A DNA stretch of 64,000 bases from Spirochaetia bacterium (lineage in GTDB: Bacteria > Spirochaetota > Spirochaetia > SZUA-6 > Bin103): assembly GCA_965203515.1 (NCBI GenBank), contig OZ241907.1, forward strand, positions 3,712,001 to 3,776,000, in the 5' to 3' direction. The notes under the pieces were generated by a model. The model saw only the letters and a list, made by a program, of their open reading frames with translations. It ran no database searches and was not told the origin of the DNA. A program made the position numbers and the translations under genes. Below are positions 10,826 to 20,273 of this stretch, piece by piece (the stretch's first letter is position 1; each line of letters opens with the position of its first letter).

Positions 10826-11440
10826 ATGGCTGCTCCATCACCCGCCGCAGCGCGGGGTACCGCGCCGCCGGTAGCCGAGCTGTTTCCCGCGCAAGGCGAC
10901 TGGAAGGAAGGGGATTACTTTTCTCTTCCCGAAAGCAATCGTCTTATCGAGCTTGCCGAAGGACGGTTGATCATGCCCCCGCATCCAACGCAGAGCCATC
11001 AGTACGCCGTGCTTGAACTGGCCGTTCAACTCCGCCGCTTCGTGCAGCGGCATGACCTGGGCGAGGTATACGTCGCCCCCTTGCCGGTTCGTCTGTGGGC
11101 TGACAAGGTGCGGGAGCCGGACGTGCTGTTCATGGCCAAGGAGCATGCGGACCGCATGGCGGAGCAGTATTTTGGACCGCCCGATCTGGTGATGGAGGTG
11201 ACGTCGCCCGGTACCGTCCGCACCGATCGGGCCGAAAAGGCTGCGGAGTACGCTCGGGCCGGTATCCGTGAGTACTGGATCGTCGACCCGGACGCCCGGA
11301 CCGTGGAAGTGCTGACGCTGGCCGGGCGGCGCTATGGGCCGGCAATCCCGCAGGCCGCGGGCGACCGGGCCGCGTCGGCGGTACTGCCGGGCTTCGAGGT
11401 AGCCGTGGAGCGTCTGTTTCGCCCGCGGAGCGTCGGGTAG
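10826..11440 (+). CDS. Uma2 family endonuclease
   Basis: [48 protein letters not shown]. Confidence 0.9.
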   Translation: MAAPSPAAARGTAPPVAELFPAQGDWKEGDYFSLPESNRLIELAEGRLIMPPHPTQSHQYAVLELAVQLRRFVQRHDLGEVYVAPLPVRLWADKVREPDVLFMAKEHADRMAEQYFGPPDLVMEVTSPGTVRTDRAEKAAEYARAGIREYWIVDPDARTVEVLTLAGRRYGPAIPQAAGDRAASAVLPGFEVAVERLFRPRSVG

Positions 11441-11498
11441 TGGAACCGCCCGATTCGTATACCAACTAGCTGCGGGCCGCCGGATCTGCCCCACCCAG

Positions 11499-12803
11499 TC
11501 ACAGTCTATCGGTGAAAAATCTCGGCAGAATCTGGTCGCGAAGGCCGCGGAGATGGGGGATTTCTCTCTTGTTGGCCTCGATCTTATCCAGCAGCGGATC
11601 GACCATGCTGGAGAACTCCGCTCTGATTGCGAAATCCGCCAGTGCCACCGGCGTCGCCGCCACCACGGCGGGCCGGACGGCGGGATAGGCGCTGCCGTCG
11701 GCGAGCAGCGACAAGCGGGCAAGGTTGGCCGCAGAAGTGACGGCGCACCAGACCAGTGCGCGGTCGGCTGCCTCGCGCGGGCGCAACACGGCGAAGCCGG
11801 TGCTGCCGGTCAGGCCATCTTCGTCGACCAGCGCAAACGCGCCGTTTCCCGGCCGCACGGTAGCCATGATCGTGTCGCGTTTGCGGAGAACCCGTCGGGC
11901 GCGGCTTGGCGCTTTTTCCCAGGGAAGGTCCGCGCTCTCGATGTATCCCCACTTGGTGTTCGCCAGATCGACATAGGATAGTTCGGTCGGGCGCCGCTTG
12001 GCGGACCAGGACTCCGGATTGAGCGATGAGACATCGTGAACCGTTCCGTGGCGCCATCCTTCCGGCACTTGGCGATTTCCGATCCCAACGATGCGCTCGG
12101 GAAACAGATCATCGATGGGCGCCTGCAAGCCGGTGTCGCGGCCTGCCATCTTGGCGCGCACCGGCTCGAAATCGACGAACCACGAGGTGAACAGCGCCCG
12201 TGCCATCGCCTCCAGCGTCTCGTTCATGCGCCGGTTCAGCTCTATCTTGTCGTCCAGCGAGCCGAGCACGTGCCCGATGGCGCGTTGTTCGGATGGCGGC
12301 GGAACGGCAACCCTCATGTTTTCGAGGTCGCGGCGCGTTACGTGACCCAGGCCGGTCGTCTGCTTGTTCTTTGCGATGGCAACGAAGTGGGGGTTGAGGT
12401 AACGCAACAGGTAGTGGAAGAACGCGGTATCGACGTCGACCGGCGTCACTCGGAATACATGCTGGTTCAGCCAGCCCTCCGGTCCCCGCCACCGGTACGC
12501 ATCGATGGACGTCTCCGGTTGACCTGACCAGGAGAACAGCAGGTCGCCGGCGCGAACGCGAACCGCATCGTCGAAGGTCTGCGTCGTAAACTTGGTCTGC
12601 GCTGATATGCCGGCCTTGATCTCGGCGATCTTGATCACCGGTTTTCCTCCCGCGGCACGGGGGCTGAACTGGATATCCCGAAAGGCCAAGCCGTTGACCC
12701 AATGGGCCAGGGAGAGCAACGACCGTCGTTGCCAGTGCTTGGGAAACCGGGGGCGGTAGTGCCAGCTGGGCGCCGAGATGCTGCCGGCGGGGTCACCCGT
12801 CAC
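11499..12803 (-). CDS. hsdS: Type I restriction-modification specificity subunit (solitary)
   Basis: Two TRDs separated by the conserved EQRAIGHVLGSLDDKIELNRRMNETLEAMARALFTSWFVDF helix; C-terminal LRGLRDQILPR. GTG start inferred from TAGTAT 7 nt upstream. Confidence 0.85.
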   Translation of the reverse strand: MTGDPAGSISAPSWHYRPRFPKHWQRRSLLSLAHWVNGLAFRDIQFSPRAAGGKPVIKIAEIKAGISAQTKFTTQTFDDAVRVRAGDLLFSWSGQPETSIDAYRWRGPEGWLNQHVFRVTPVDVDTAFFHYLLRYLNPHFVAIAKNKQTTGLGHVTRRDLENMRVAVPPPSEQRAIGHVLGSLDDKIELNRRMNETLEAMARALFTSWFVDFEPVRAKMAGRDTGLQAPIDDLFPERIVGIGNRQVPEGWRHGTVHDVSSLNPESWSAKRRPTELSYVDLANTKWGYIESADLPWEKAPSRARRVLRKRDTIMATVRPGNGAFALVDEDGLTGSTGFAVLRPREAADRALVWCAVTSAANLARLSLLADGSAYPAVRPAVVAATPVALADFAIRAEFSSMVDPLLDKIEANKREIPHLRGLRDQILPRFFTDRL

Positions 12804-12813
12804 GCCCGAGATA

Positions 12814-14108
12814 CTACCCGGGGGCAGCGATGGCGGCATCCATCGTCGGGACCGGAGATTGACGGTCCTCGCCGGTGTGGCCGCCGAATCTGGCGCCGGT
12901 GTGGCGGTGGCGGTGATGAGCGGCGCACAGCAGTCGGAGATTGTTCGGCTCGGCGGCGCCGCCTTGGGCATACGGTACGACGTGATCGATCTGCAGCAGG
13001 TGTTCGGAGCCGCAGCGGCGCCCGGTGGTGCGGTCAACGTAGCTGCAACGGCCCCGGTCGCGCTGCCAGACCTCGCGTTTACCGCCGCCGAGATGGCGCG
13101 GCCGGTCCGGCCGATCGCCTCCGCTGCCGAAGTTTGGGGCCGCGGCGGCGCAGCCGGCTTCGGCGCCGAAGTTGTGTCGCCCGCCGGCTTCGCCGCCGAA
13201 GGAGCGACGCTGTCCGAACCGGCCTCCTGCTTCGCTGCCGAAGCGGCGCCGCGCGCCGAGGACGCCTGCGTCTTCGCCGCCGAAGTCTGCTCGGCGCCTG
13301 CGGCCCGGCCGCCGGTGCGCCCGCGCGGCGGCCGGGCCGGGTCGTGGCGGTCGAGCCCTTCCCGCACCAGCCGCGCCATGAGCTGCCCCATCGTCATGTG
13401 CGGGTCGACGTGGGACAGGAGGCCCTGGAGCCGCTCCAAGCCATGCCGGCACTCATCGTCGATGACCGCCTTGAGCTCCCAGCGCCCGGCGCCCAGCGGG
13501 CGCACCCGGTCCGCCGGCGCCGCCAGCTCCGGGTCGACCTCGGCCAGCAACCGCATCACCTGCCGGCTGCTCTTGCCGGCCGCCTGCTCCACCAACGCCC
13601 GCCGCGCCGACCGGTCCAGCACCGGCGCCGGCTTCCGTTCCGCCGGCTGCGCCGGTCCCGGCGTCGGCGCCTCGCCGTCCTGCGACCGCGCGGCGGCCCC
13701 GAACCCGGTCCCGCCCGGCGCGCTGCGCGCCGCGCGATCCCTGTTGCGCTCCTGTCGGTCGAAGGCGTTCTGCAGCTGCGCGGCGGCGTTCAGGGTCATC
13801 GAGCCGTCCTGCAGGCGCTCGCGCACGCCGTAGATGTCCGCGCAGAGGCGCATCGCCTTGAGGCGCCGCCAAGCGGCGGCATCGCTGTAGCCCAGCTCGC
13901 GGACCGCGTAATCGAAGAGGCTGGAGAACCCGCGGCGCAGGTACAGGCGGCGCTTCTGTATCTCGCGCAGGTGGTCGATGACGACGACTTCGAGATGGTG
14001 TTCGATGCCGGACAGTTCCTTGGTCCGCGCTATCAGACGGTCGTCCGAGAGGGCGGAAACGGTGGTCGTGATGGCTGCGCCGGCCGTGTCGGAGCGAGTG
14101 CCGTTCAT
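12814..14108 (-). pseudogene. DUF222-like / HNH endonuclease gene with a 1-nt frameshift at ~13078-13081
   Basis: N-terminal HLREIQKRRLYLRRGFSSLFDYAVRELGYS domain. The HNH domain (KREVWQRDRGRC...C...LQIDHVVPYAQGG...NLRLLCAAHH) is in the -1 frame, directly after RAISAAV. Confidence 0.8.
13119..13285. repeat. Five dispersed 14-bp quasi-palindromic repeats CTTCG-N4-CGAAG inside the HNH gene linker
   Basis: Copies start at 13119 (CTCCG variant), 13158, 13188, 13230 and 13272; periods 39/30/42/42 bp; they encode xSAAK/TSAPK. Confidence 0.75.
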
Positions 14109-14114
14109 GTTATA

Positions 14115-14143
14115 AATATAATGAAGAAAAGTATTTAAGTAAA
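14115..14143 (-). promoter_or_regulatory. Sigma70-type promoter, probably leaderless, for the HNH gene
   Basis: TTTACT-17 nt-TATATT-6 nt-ATG within a strongly AT-rich 40-bp patch. Confidence 0.65.
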
Positions 14144-14167
14144 GTTATCAGAGCCGGTCACGGTCGA

Positions 14168-15250
14168 TCAACCGGCCGGCCGGCCGGCGAGGTCGTGCGC
14201 CCGGCGGCGCGCGCGCCGCACCGACGCGGGGCCGATGACCGGGGTGACGATCCGTTCCACGTCGGCGACCGAGCGCGTCTCCATCAGCTCCATGCGCAGC
14301 CGCTTGGCGCCGGCGAAGCCGCCCACGTACGCCTTGAAGTGGCGCCGCAGGTCGACGAAGTTCTTGCGGCCCGCGAACAGCAGGTCGTACAGCACCGCGT
14401 GCGCGAGCATCGTCTCTACCGCCGCCCGCAGATCGTCCGGTTTGCCGGCGGCGGAGAACAGCCACGGGTTGCCGAACACGCCGCGTCCGATCATCACCCC
14501 GTCGGCCCCGGTGCGGGCGGCCAGCGCGCGGCCGTGCTCCGGGGAGCGCACGTCGCCGTTGCCGGCGATCGGCACGCCGGTGCCGCGCGCCAGCGCGCAC
14601 GCCCGCCGAACCGCGTCCCAGTGAGCGGGCACCTCCGACCGCTCCTTGACCGTACGGGCGTGGATGGCGATCGCCGCCGGGCGCGCGGTCAGCAGCCGCC
14701 CGATCCAATCCTCCACCACGTCGGTGGCATGGCCGATTCGGGTCTTCACCGACACCGGCAGGCCGCCGGCCCCGGCGCGGGCGGCGTCGATGATCTCCAG
14801 CGCCAGATCGGGGTCGCGGATCAGCGCCGCGCCCGCCTTCTGGCGCAGCACCGCGCGATCCGGGCAGCCCATGTTGATGTCCACCCCGTCGAAGCCCAAC
14901 TCGACGGCCAGCGCCGCGCAGCGCCGGAACTGCTCCGGGACCGATCCGAAGAACTGCGCGATCACCGGCCGCTCGCACTCGGCGAACTCCAGGTCGACCA
15001 TCAGCCGCGGCGCCCCCGGCGAGCAGAGGCCGGCCACGGACACGAACTCCGTGTAGACGGCGTGCGGCCGGCTGCACGCCGTCACGATCCGTCGGAAGGC
15101 GGTGTCGGTGGCGTTGGCCATCGGCGCCAGCAGGAAGAACGGCCGCGGCAGGTCGTCCCAGAAGGAACGCCGGCGGCGCTCCGTCCCATCCGCCGGCCGG
15201 CTCGGCCGTTCGTCCGCCCGCGGCCCGGTCTGTAGTATGGTGCCGTTCAT
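14168..15250 (-). CDS. dus: tRNA-dihydrouridine synthase
   Basis: LAPMA, YTEFVS, DINMGCP, PVSVKTRIG, IHART, GNGDV, DGVMIGRG. Confidence 0.93.
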   Translation of the reverse strand: MNGTILQTGPRADERPSRPADGTERRRRSFWDDLPRPFFLLAPMANATDTAFRRIVTACSRPHAVYTEFVSVAGLCSPGAPRLMVDLEFAECERPVIAQFFGSVPEQFRRCAALAVELGFDGVDINMGCPDRAVLRQKAGAALIRDPDLALEIIDAARAGAGGLPVSVKTRIGHATDVVEDWIGRLLTARPAAIAIHARTVKERSEVPAHWDAVRRACALARGTGVPIAGNGDVRSPEHGRALAARTGADGVMIGRGVFGNPWLFSAAGKPDDLRAAVETMLAHAVLYDLLFAGRKNFVDLRRHFKAYVGGFAGAKRLRMELMETRSVADVERIVTPVIGPASVRRARRRAHDLAGRPAG

Positions 15251-16172
15251 GGTGATGGCGGCGAAGCCGGAGTGGCTGCGGGTGCGCCTGTCGTCCGACC
15301 CGCGCTATTTCCAGGTCCGCGAAATCGTCCGTTCACAGAAGCTCCATACCGTATGCGAGGAGGCGCGCTGCCCCAACATCCACGAGTGCTGGGGCACGCA
15401 CGGCACCGCCACCTTCATGATAATGGGCAACGTCTGCACCCGGCGCTGCCGGTTCTGCTCGGTGCGGACCGGATTGCCCGGCGGCGTGGACCGCGACGAG
15501 CCGCGCCGCGTGGCCGAGTCGGTGGTGCGGATGGGGCTCCGCCACGTCGTGGTCACCATGGTGGCGCGCGACGACCTGCGCGACGGCGGCGCCGGCGCGA
15601 TGGCGCGGACGGTGGGCGCGATCCGCGCCGCCGCGCCCGCCTGCCGGATCGAGGTGCTGCCCTCCGACCTGGCCGGCCCCGATCCGGCCGGCCCTGCTTC
15701 AGGGGTGCGCCGCTCCTCCGTGGAGACCCTGGTCGACAGCGGACCCGACATCATCGCCCACAACCTGGAAACGATACGCCGGCTGACGCCGGCGGTGCGG
15801 TCGCACTCCGACTACGACCGGTCGCTCGGCTTCCTGCGCACCGTCAAGGAGCTGGCTCCGCCGGCCGTCACCAAGTCGAGTCTGATGCTGGGGCTTGGCG
15901 AGGAAGAAGGCGAGGTGGTCGAGGCGATGGACGACCTGCGCGCCGCCGGCGTGGACATCCTCAACCTGGGCCAGTACCTGCAGCCGGGCCGCACGCAGCT
16001 TCGCGTCAAGCGCTTCTGGCGTCCGTACGAATTCGACCGCCTGCGCCGCATCGCCCTCGACCGGGGGTTCCGCTCCTGCGCCGCAGGCCCGTTCGTCCGC
16101 TCCAGCTACCACGCGGAGGAGCAGGCAATGCACGCGGAGGAACAGGCGATGGCCGGCCCCTGCCCGGCCTGA
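15249..16172 (+). CDS. lipA: Lipoyl synthase
   Basis: KPEWLRV, CEEARCPNIHEC, CTRRCRFC, HNLET, VRSSYHA. A C-terminal 21-bp tandem duplication (16110-16151) gives HAEEQAM x2. Confidence 0.96.
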   Translation: MVMAAKPEWLRVRLSSDPRYFQVREIVRSQKLHTVCEEARCPNIHECWGTHGTATFMIMGNVCTRRCRFCSVRTGLPGGVDRDEPRRVAESVVRMGLRHVVVTMVARDDLRDGGAGAMARTVGAIRAAAPACRIEVLPSDLAGPDPAGPASGVRRSSVETLVDSGPDIIAHNLETIRRLTPAVRSHSDYDRSLGFLRTVKELAPPAVTKSSLMLGLGEEEGEVVEAMDDLRAAGVDILNLGQYLQPGRTQLRVKRFWRPYEFDRLRRIALDRGFRSCAAGPFVRSSYHAEEQAMHAEEQAMAGPCPA

Positions 16173-16199
16173 CCCGGTGGGCCTGCCTGAGTTGCGGTC

Positions 16200-16421
16200 C
16201 TATCGCTGCTGCGTCGTCTTCAGCAGCCGGTCGATCAGGACGAAGGCGAGCGCGGCGCGCTCGTTGCGCGACAGGCGCTCCTCCAACTCGGCGAGGGCGG
16301 CGCGTATGCGCGGGCCGCCCCGGTCATCGGCGTCGGCCAACTCGAACGCCCGCGCGAGCTGCGCCTGATTGATGCAGTAGACCGATTCGCCGCCGGTCAG
16401 GTCGGTCGGCTGCACCGCCAT
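16200..16421 (-). CDS. Small hypothetical protein
   Basis: 73-aa ORF with plausible composition, co-oriented downstream of the iscA-like gene. Confidence 0.5.
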   Translation of the reverse strand: MAVQPTDLTGGESVYCINQAQLARAFELADADDRGGPRIRAALAELEERLSRNERAALAFVLIDRLLKTTQQR

Positions 16422-16445
16422 CCCGCGCCGTTCCCCCGCCGGCCG

Positions 16446-16787
16446 CTACAGGGCGAAGCTGGCCCCGCAGCCGCACGCCTTGGTGGCGTGCGGGTTGCTG
16501 AAGCGGAAGCCCATGCTTACCAGGTCGTCGGAATAATCGACGTCGAGATGCTGCAGGTGCCGGGCGCTGTCGCGGTCGGCCAGCAGGGTGACTCCGTCCC
16601 GGTCGTAGACCACCACGTCGAACGGGGTGCGGGTCTCATCGATCGACGCCTGATAGGTCATGCCGGAGCAGCCGCCCTCCGTGACCCAGAGGCGCAGGAA
16701 GCCTCCGTCCGGCGCGAGCCGGCGTATCTCCACACGGGCCCGATCGCTGATGGAGACCGAATAGGCGGTCGCCGTTGCTTCACTCAC
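16446..16787 (-). CDS. A-type Fe-S cluster carrier (HesB/IscA family)
   Basis: GGCSGMTY and NPHATKACGCGASF motifs. Confidence 0.93.
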   Translation of the reverse strand: MSEATATAYSVSISDRARVEIRRLAPDGGFLRLWVTEGGCSGMTYQASIDETRTPFDVVVYDRDGVTLLADRDSARHLQHLDVDYSDDLVSMGFRFSNPHATKACGCGASFAL

Positions 16788-16957
16788 GCGATGAAGATAC
16801 TCTCTTGGCGAGGGAGTTTCAATGCGCGCCTGCGCGGATCGGCGCAGCAGCGATCCTGACGGAGCCGCGCACTTACGCCCGCGCCGATTCCACCGCGCGA
16901 GCGTTGTGCGTATGATTGGAGCCGACCACCCGGATACCGTTCACCGTGAGGGAACCG

Positions 16958-17302
16958 ATGATCAGCAACGCAGACCTGACCGCTGCCAAGACGGTCGAAA
17001 ACCCGGAGGGCATCTTCCGCACCACCCTGACGTTCGGCGAGGAATCGATGCTCTGCCACTTCAGGATGACCAAGGGCGCCCGCATCCCGTTGCACAACCA
17101 CGTGGCCGTGCAGAACGGCTACGTCGTCTCCGGCAAGCTGAAGTTCCACAAGGGGCAGGAGGGCAACACCTTCATCGCCGCGGCCGGCTCCAGCTACTTC
17201 TTCGCGTCCGAGGAGTTCCACGGCTGCGAGGTGCTGGAGGACACCGAGGCGGTGGAGTGCTTCTCCCCGATGCGGCCGGAGTACGCCCCGGACGCCGACT
17301 GA
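16958..17302 (+). CDS. Cupin domain protein
   Basis: PLHNH..Q..YVVSGKL and H...LED....ECFSPMRPEY; SD GAGG. Confidence 0.85.
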   Translation: MISNADLTAAKTVENPEGIFRTTLTFGEESMLCHFRMTKGARIPLHNHVAVQNGYVVSGKLKFHKGQEGNTFIAAAGSSYFFASEEFHGCEVLEDTEAVECFSPMRPEYAPDAD

Positions 17303-17308
17303 GCCGCC

Positions 17309-17731
17309 GTGCCCTGCAGCGACCAGACCGAGCGGCTGACGCTGGAACTCGATGACCAGGACCGCATCCGCGGCTTCTCCGTCTACAAGATGACGTGCCG
17401 GCAGCCGGTCGGCGGCTCGGAGTTGCTCCCCGTGGTCCGGGACATGCCGGCGCGATCGCTGCTCTCGGCGCCTGCCGGCGACCTGATCGATCCCCGGCTC
17501 GACGACGTGCAGGCGTTCATGCTGACCAAGCAGCTCGTGGCGTTGCAGGGGGCGATCGCGGTCCTGTACGGCCTGCCGGAGGACGGCTTGCCGGATGAAG
17601 GAGGGCCACAGGCGTTCGACCTGCAGGAACTGGAACATGACCGGCACGGAACCCGCTTGGCCGGAGCGATCGCCATCAACGTCATCGCGGAACGGATCAG
17701 CTCCTGCGGCGGCTGCCGCTGTTCTCTGTAG
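17309..17731 (+). CDS. Hypothetical Cys-containing protein
   Basis: Operonic spacing; Cys residues at PCSD, KMTC and C-terminal SCGGCRC. Confidence 0.6.
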   Translation: MPCSDQTERLTLELDDQDRIRGFSVYKMTCRQPVGGSELLPVVRDMPARSLLSAPAGDLIDPRLDDVQAFMLTKQLVALQGAIAVLYGLPEDGLPDEGGPQAFDLQELEHDRHGTRLAGAIAINVIAERISSCGGCRCSL

Positions 17732-17750
17732 CCGGCGCGAACACGCCGCC

Positions 17751-18899
17751 GTGGACGGCCGCCTGTCCCCGATCCGCCAAGCCGCCGATCGGGTCGGCCT
17801 CGACCTGCTCGGCATCACGCCGCCGCGCGGCGCCGCGGCGGCTCAGCGCCGTTTCGAGCGGTGGATCGCGCTGGGGCGGCACGGCGAGATGCGCTACCTG
17901 GAGCGCCACGCCCCGGCCAAGACCGATGCCGCGGCGCTCCTGCCGGGCTGCGCGGCGGTGATCGTGGTCGGCCTGAGCTACAACCGCCGGCCGGCGCCCG
18001 CAACGCACCCCCAGGCCCTGGCCGCGGTACGGGAGGCGGACGCCGCGCGGCGATCCGGCCGGGTCGCCGCGACCGGCCGGATCGCCATGTACGCGTGGGG
18101 ACGCGACTACCACCGCGTGCTGCGGCGCAAGCTGCGCGATCTGATCGGGACGCTCGCCGGGGCGCTGCCGGGCGAGCGGTTCCGGTGGGGCGCGGACGCC
18201 ACGCCGCTGCTGGAAACCCACTTCGCCGCCCGCGCCGGCCTGGGCTTTCAGGGCAAGCACACGCTGCTGATCCATCGCCGGCTGGGGAGCTGGTTCGTGA
18301 TCGGCGAAGTGCTGACCACGGCATCGCTGCCGGCGACGGCGCCGCTGCCGGCCGCGCCCCCGCCGCAGGCGGCCGGCGCGCGGCCGCGCTGCGGCACGGC
18401 CTGCAACCACTGCCGCGACGTCTGCCCCACCGGCGCGCTTGACGACGAGTGGCGCATCGACGCGCGGCGCTGCATCTCCTATCTGACCATCGAGCATCGG
18501 GGCGCCATTCCGGTCGAGCTGCGGCCGCTGATCGGGGACTGGCTGTTCGGCTGCGACCTCTGCCAGGAGGTCTGCCCCTGGAACGTGCGCGCCGCGCCGG
18601 CCCGCGAGCGGGACTTCATCGCCGACCGGGCCGGGCCGGCGATCGACCTGGCCGAGGTGCTGGCGATCCGGGATCACGCGCAACTGGCCGCGCGCTTTGC
18701 CGGCACGCCGCTGATGCGCGCCGGACGCCGCGGCCTGGTGCGCAACGCCTGCGTGGTCGCCGCCAACGTGCGGGCGCACCACCTGCTCGGCGCTCTGCAG
18801 GCCCTCACCGCCGACCGGGACCCGGTGGTCGCCGAGCACGCCCGTTGGGCGTGCGACCGCCTGCGCGCAGCTGCCGAGCGCGCGGGGACCGCTCCATGA
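17751..18899 (+). CDS. queG: tRNA epoxyqueuosine(34) reductase
   Basis: HGEMRYL, IAMYAWGRDYHRVL, GSWFVIGE, C..C...CPT and CISYLTIE, FGCDLCQEVCPWN; start codon approximate. Confidence 0.93.
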   Translation: MDGRLSPIRQAADRVGLDLLGITPPRGAAAAQRRFERWIALGRHGEMRYLERHAPAKTDAAALLPGCAAVIVVGLSYNRRPAPATHPQALAAVREADAARRSGRVAATGRIAMYAWGRDYHRVLRRKLRDLIGTLAGALPGERFRWGADATPLLETHFAARAGLGFQGKHTLLIHRRLGSWFVIGEVLTTASLPATAPLPAAPPPQAAGARPRCGTACNHCRDVCPTGALDDEWRIDARRCISYLTIEHRGAIPVELRPLIGDWLFGCDLCQEVCPWNVRAAPARERDFIADRAGPAIDLAEVLAIRDHAQLAARFAGTPLMRAGRRGLVRNACVVAANVRAHHLLGALQALTADRDPVVAEHARWACDRLRAAAERAGTAP

Positions 18900-20266
18900 A
18901 CGGCGTTGCGCCCGAAGCGGACACGGTGGTGGCGGTCGCCACGCCGCCCGGCACCGGGGCGCTCGCCATCGTGCGGCTCTCCGGCCCGCAGGCGGTCGCG
19001 GCGGTGGCGGCCTGCTTCCGTGGCGCGGACCTCCGCCGCGTCGCCTCGCACACCGCCCACCACGGCCACGTCATGGCCGGCTCGGAACCGATCGACGACG
19101 TGGTGGTCACGGTGTTTCGCGCGCCCCGTTCCTACACCGGCGAGGATTGCGTGGAGATCACCTGTCACGGCAACCCGCGGCTGACCGCGCGCATCGTCGG
19201 CGCGCTGCTGGACGGCGACCCGCCGGTGGCCGCCGCCGGTCCGGGCGAGTTCACCAAGCGTGCGTTCCTTTCCGGCAGACTCGACCTGACGCAGGCGGAG
19301 GCGGTGGCGGACCTGATCCGCGGCTCGGCGGACACCGCCCTGCGCGGCGCGCGGGCTCGCCTGGACGGCGCGGTGGCCGCTCTGGTCGAGCCGATCCGGG
19401 AAGGATTGCTGGACGCGCAGAGCGAGCTGGAGGTGGAGCTCGACTTCGCCGAGGAGGAGGGCGATCCGGCCGACCGCGGCGCCGTGCGCGCCCGGTTGGC
19501 GGTGGTCGCCGAACTGTTGGCGCAGGCGGCGGCGGATCCGCTCTGCGCCGAGCTGCCCTGTGACGGCGTCAACGCCGCCATCGTCGGGCCGCCCAACGTG
19601 GGCAAGTCTTCGATCCTCAATCGGCTGGCCGGCAGCGAGCGGGCTATCGTCGACGCGGCGCCCGGCACCACCCGCGACGTGATCCGGGAGGACCTGTCGA
19701 TCGCCGGCATGCACGTGCGGCTGTGCGACACGGCCGGCATCCGCGTGGGGGCCGGCGGGGTGGAGCGGGCCGGCATCGCGCGCACGCGTGAGGCTGCGGC
19801 GCAGGCGGACGTGGCGATTCTGGTCGGCGACGCCCGGACCGGCTTTGCGGCGCGCGTGCGTGCGGAGGTGGAGGAGGTGATCGCCGCAGACCGGCTGCTG
19901 CCGGTGCTCAACAAGGCGGATCTGCTCGGCGGCTCGGCGCCCGCGCCGCCCGGCGGCGCGCTGCTGGTATCGGCGCGCACCGGCGCCGGCATCGCCGAGC
20001 TGGCCGCCGCCCTGCGCGCCAGGGCGGCGGGGATCGACTACACCGAGCGCGGCGCCTCGGTCGCCGGCGCCCGCCATCGCCGGGCGTTCCGCGACGCGCT
20101 GGCCGAAGTCGATGCGGCCGGCGGCCTGCTCGCCGCCGGCGCCGAAGCGGAGGTGGTGGCCGTCCATCTGCGCAAGGCGACCGCCGATCTGGACGAGATA
20201 CTGGGCGTGGTGACCACCGACGACATCCTGAACCGCATCTTCGCGCGGTTCTGCATCGGCAAGTGA
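18896..20266 (+). CDS. mnmE: tRNA modification GTPase
   Basis: ATPPG, PRSYTGED, GPPNVGKSS, PGTTRD, DTAG, NKAD, C-terminal FCIGK; ATGA overlap with queG. Confidence 0.96.
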   Translation: MNGVAPEADTVVAVATPPGTGALAIVRLSGPQAVAAVAACFRGADLRRVASHTAHHGHVMAGSEPIDDVVVTVFRAPRSYTGEDCVEITCHGNPRLTARIVGALLDGDPPVAAAGPGEFTKRAFLSGRLDLTQAEAVADLIRGSADTALRGARARLDGAVAALVEPIREGLLDAQSELEVELDFAEEEGDPADRGAVRARLAVVAELLAQAAADPLCAELPCDGVNAAIVGPPNVGKSSILNRLAGSERAIVDAAPGTTRDVIREDLSIAGMHVRLCDTAGIRVGAGGVERAGIARTREAAAQADVAILVGDARTGFAARVRAEVEEVIAADRLLPVLNKADLLGGSAPAPPGGALLVSARTGAGIAELAAALRARAAGIDYTERGASVAGARHRRAFRDALAEVDAAGGLLAAGAEAEVVAVHLRKATADLDEILGVVTTDDILNRIFARFCIGK

Positions 20267-20273
20267 GCGGCCG

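Noticed and set aside
11499..14108. 869-aa ORF annotated as one ordinary gene
   Set aside because: Better explained as a frameshifted HNH gene plus a separate hsdS; kept only as a finding.
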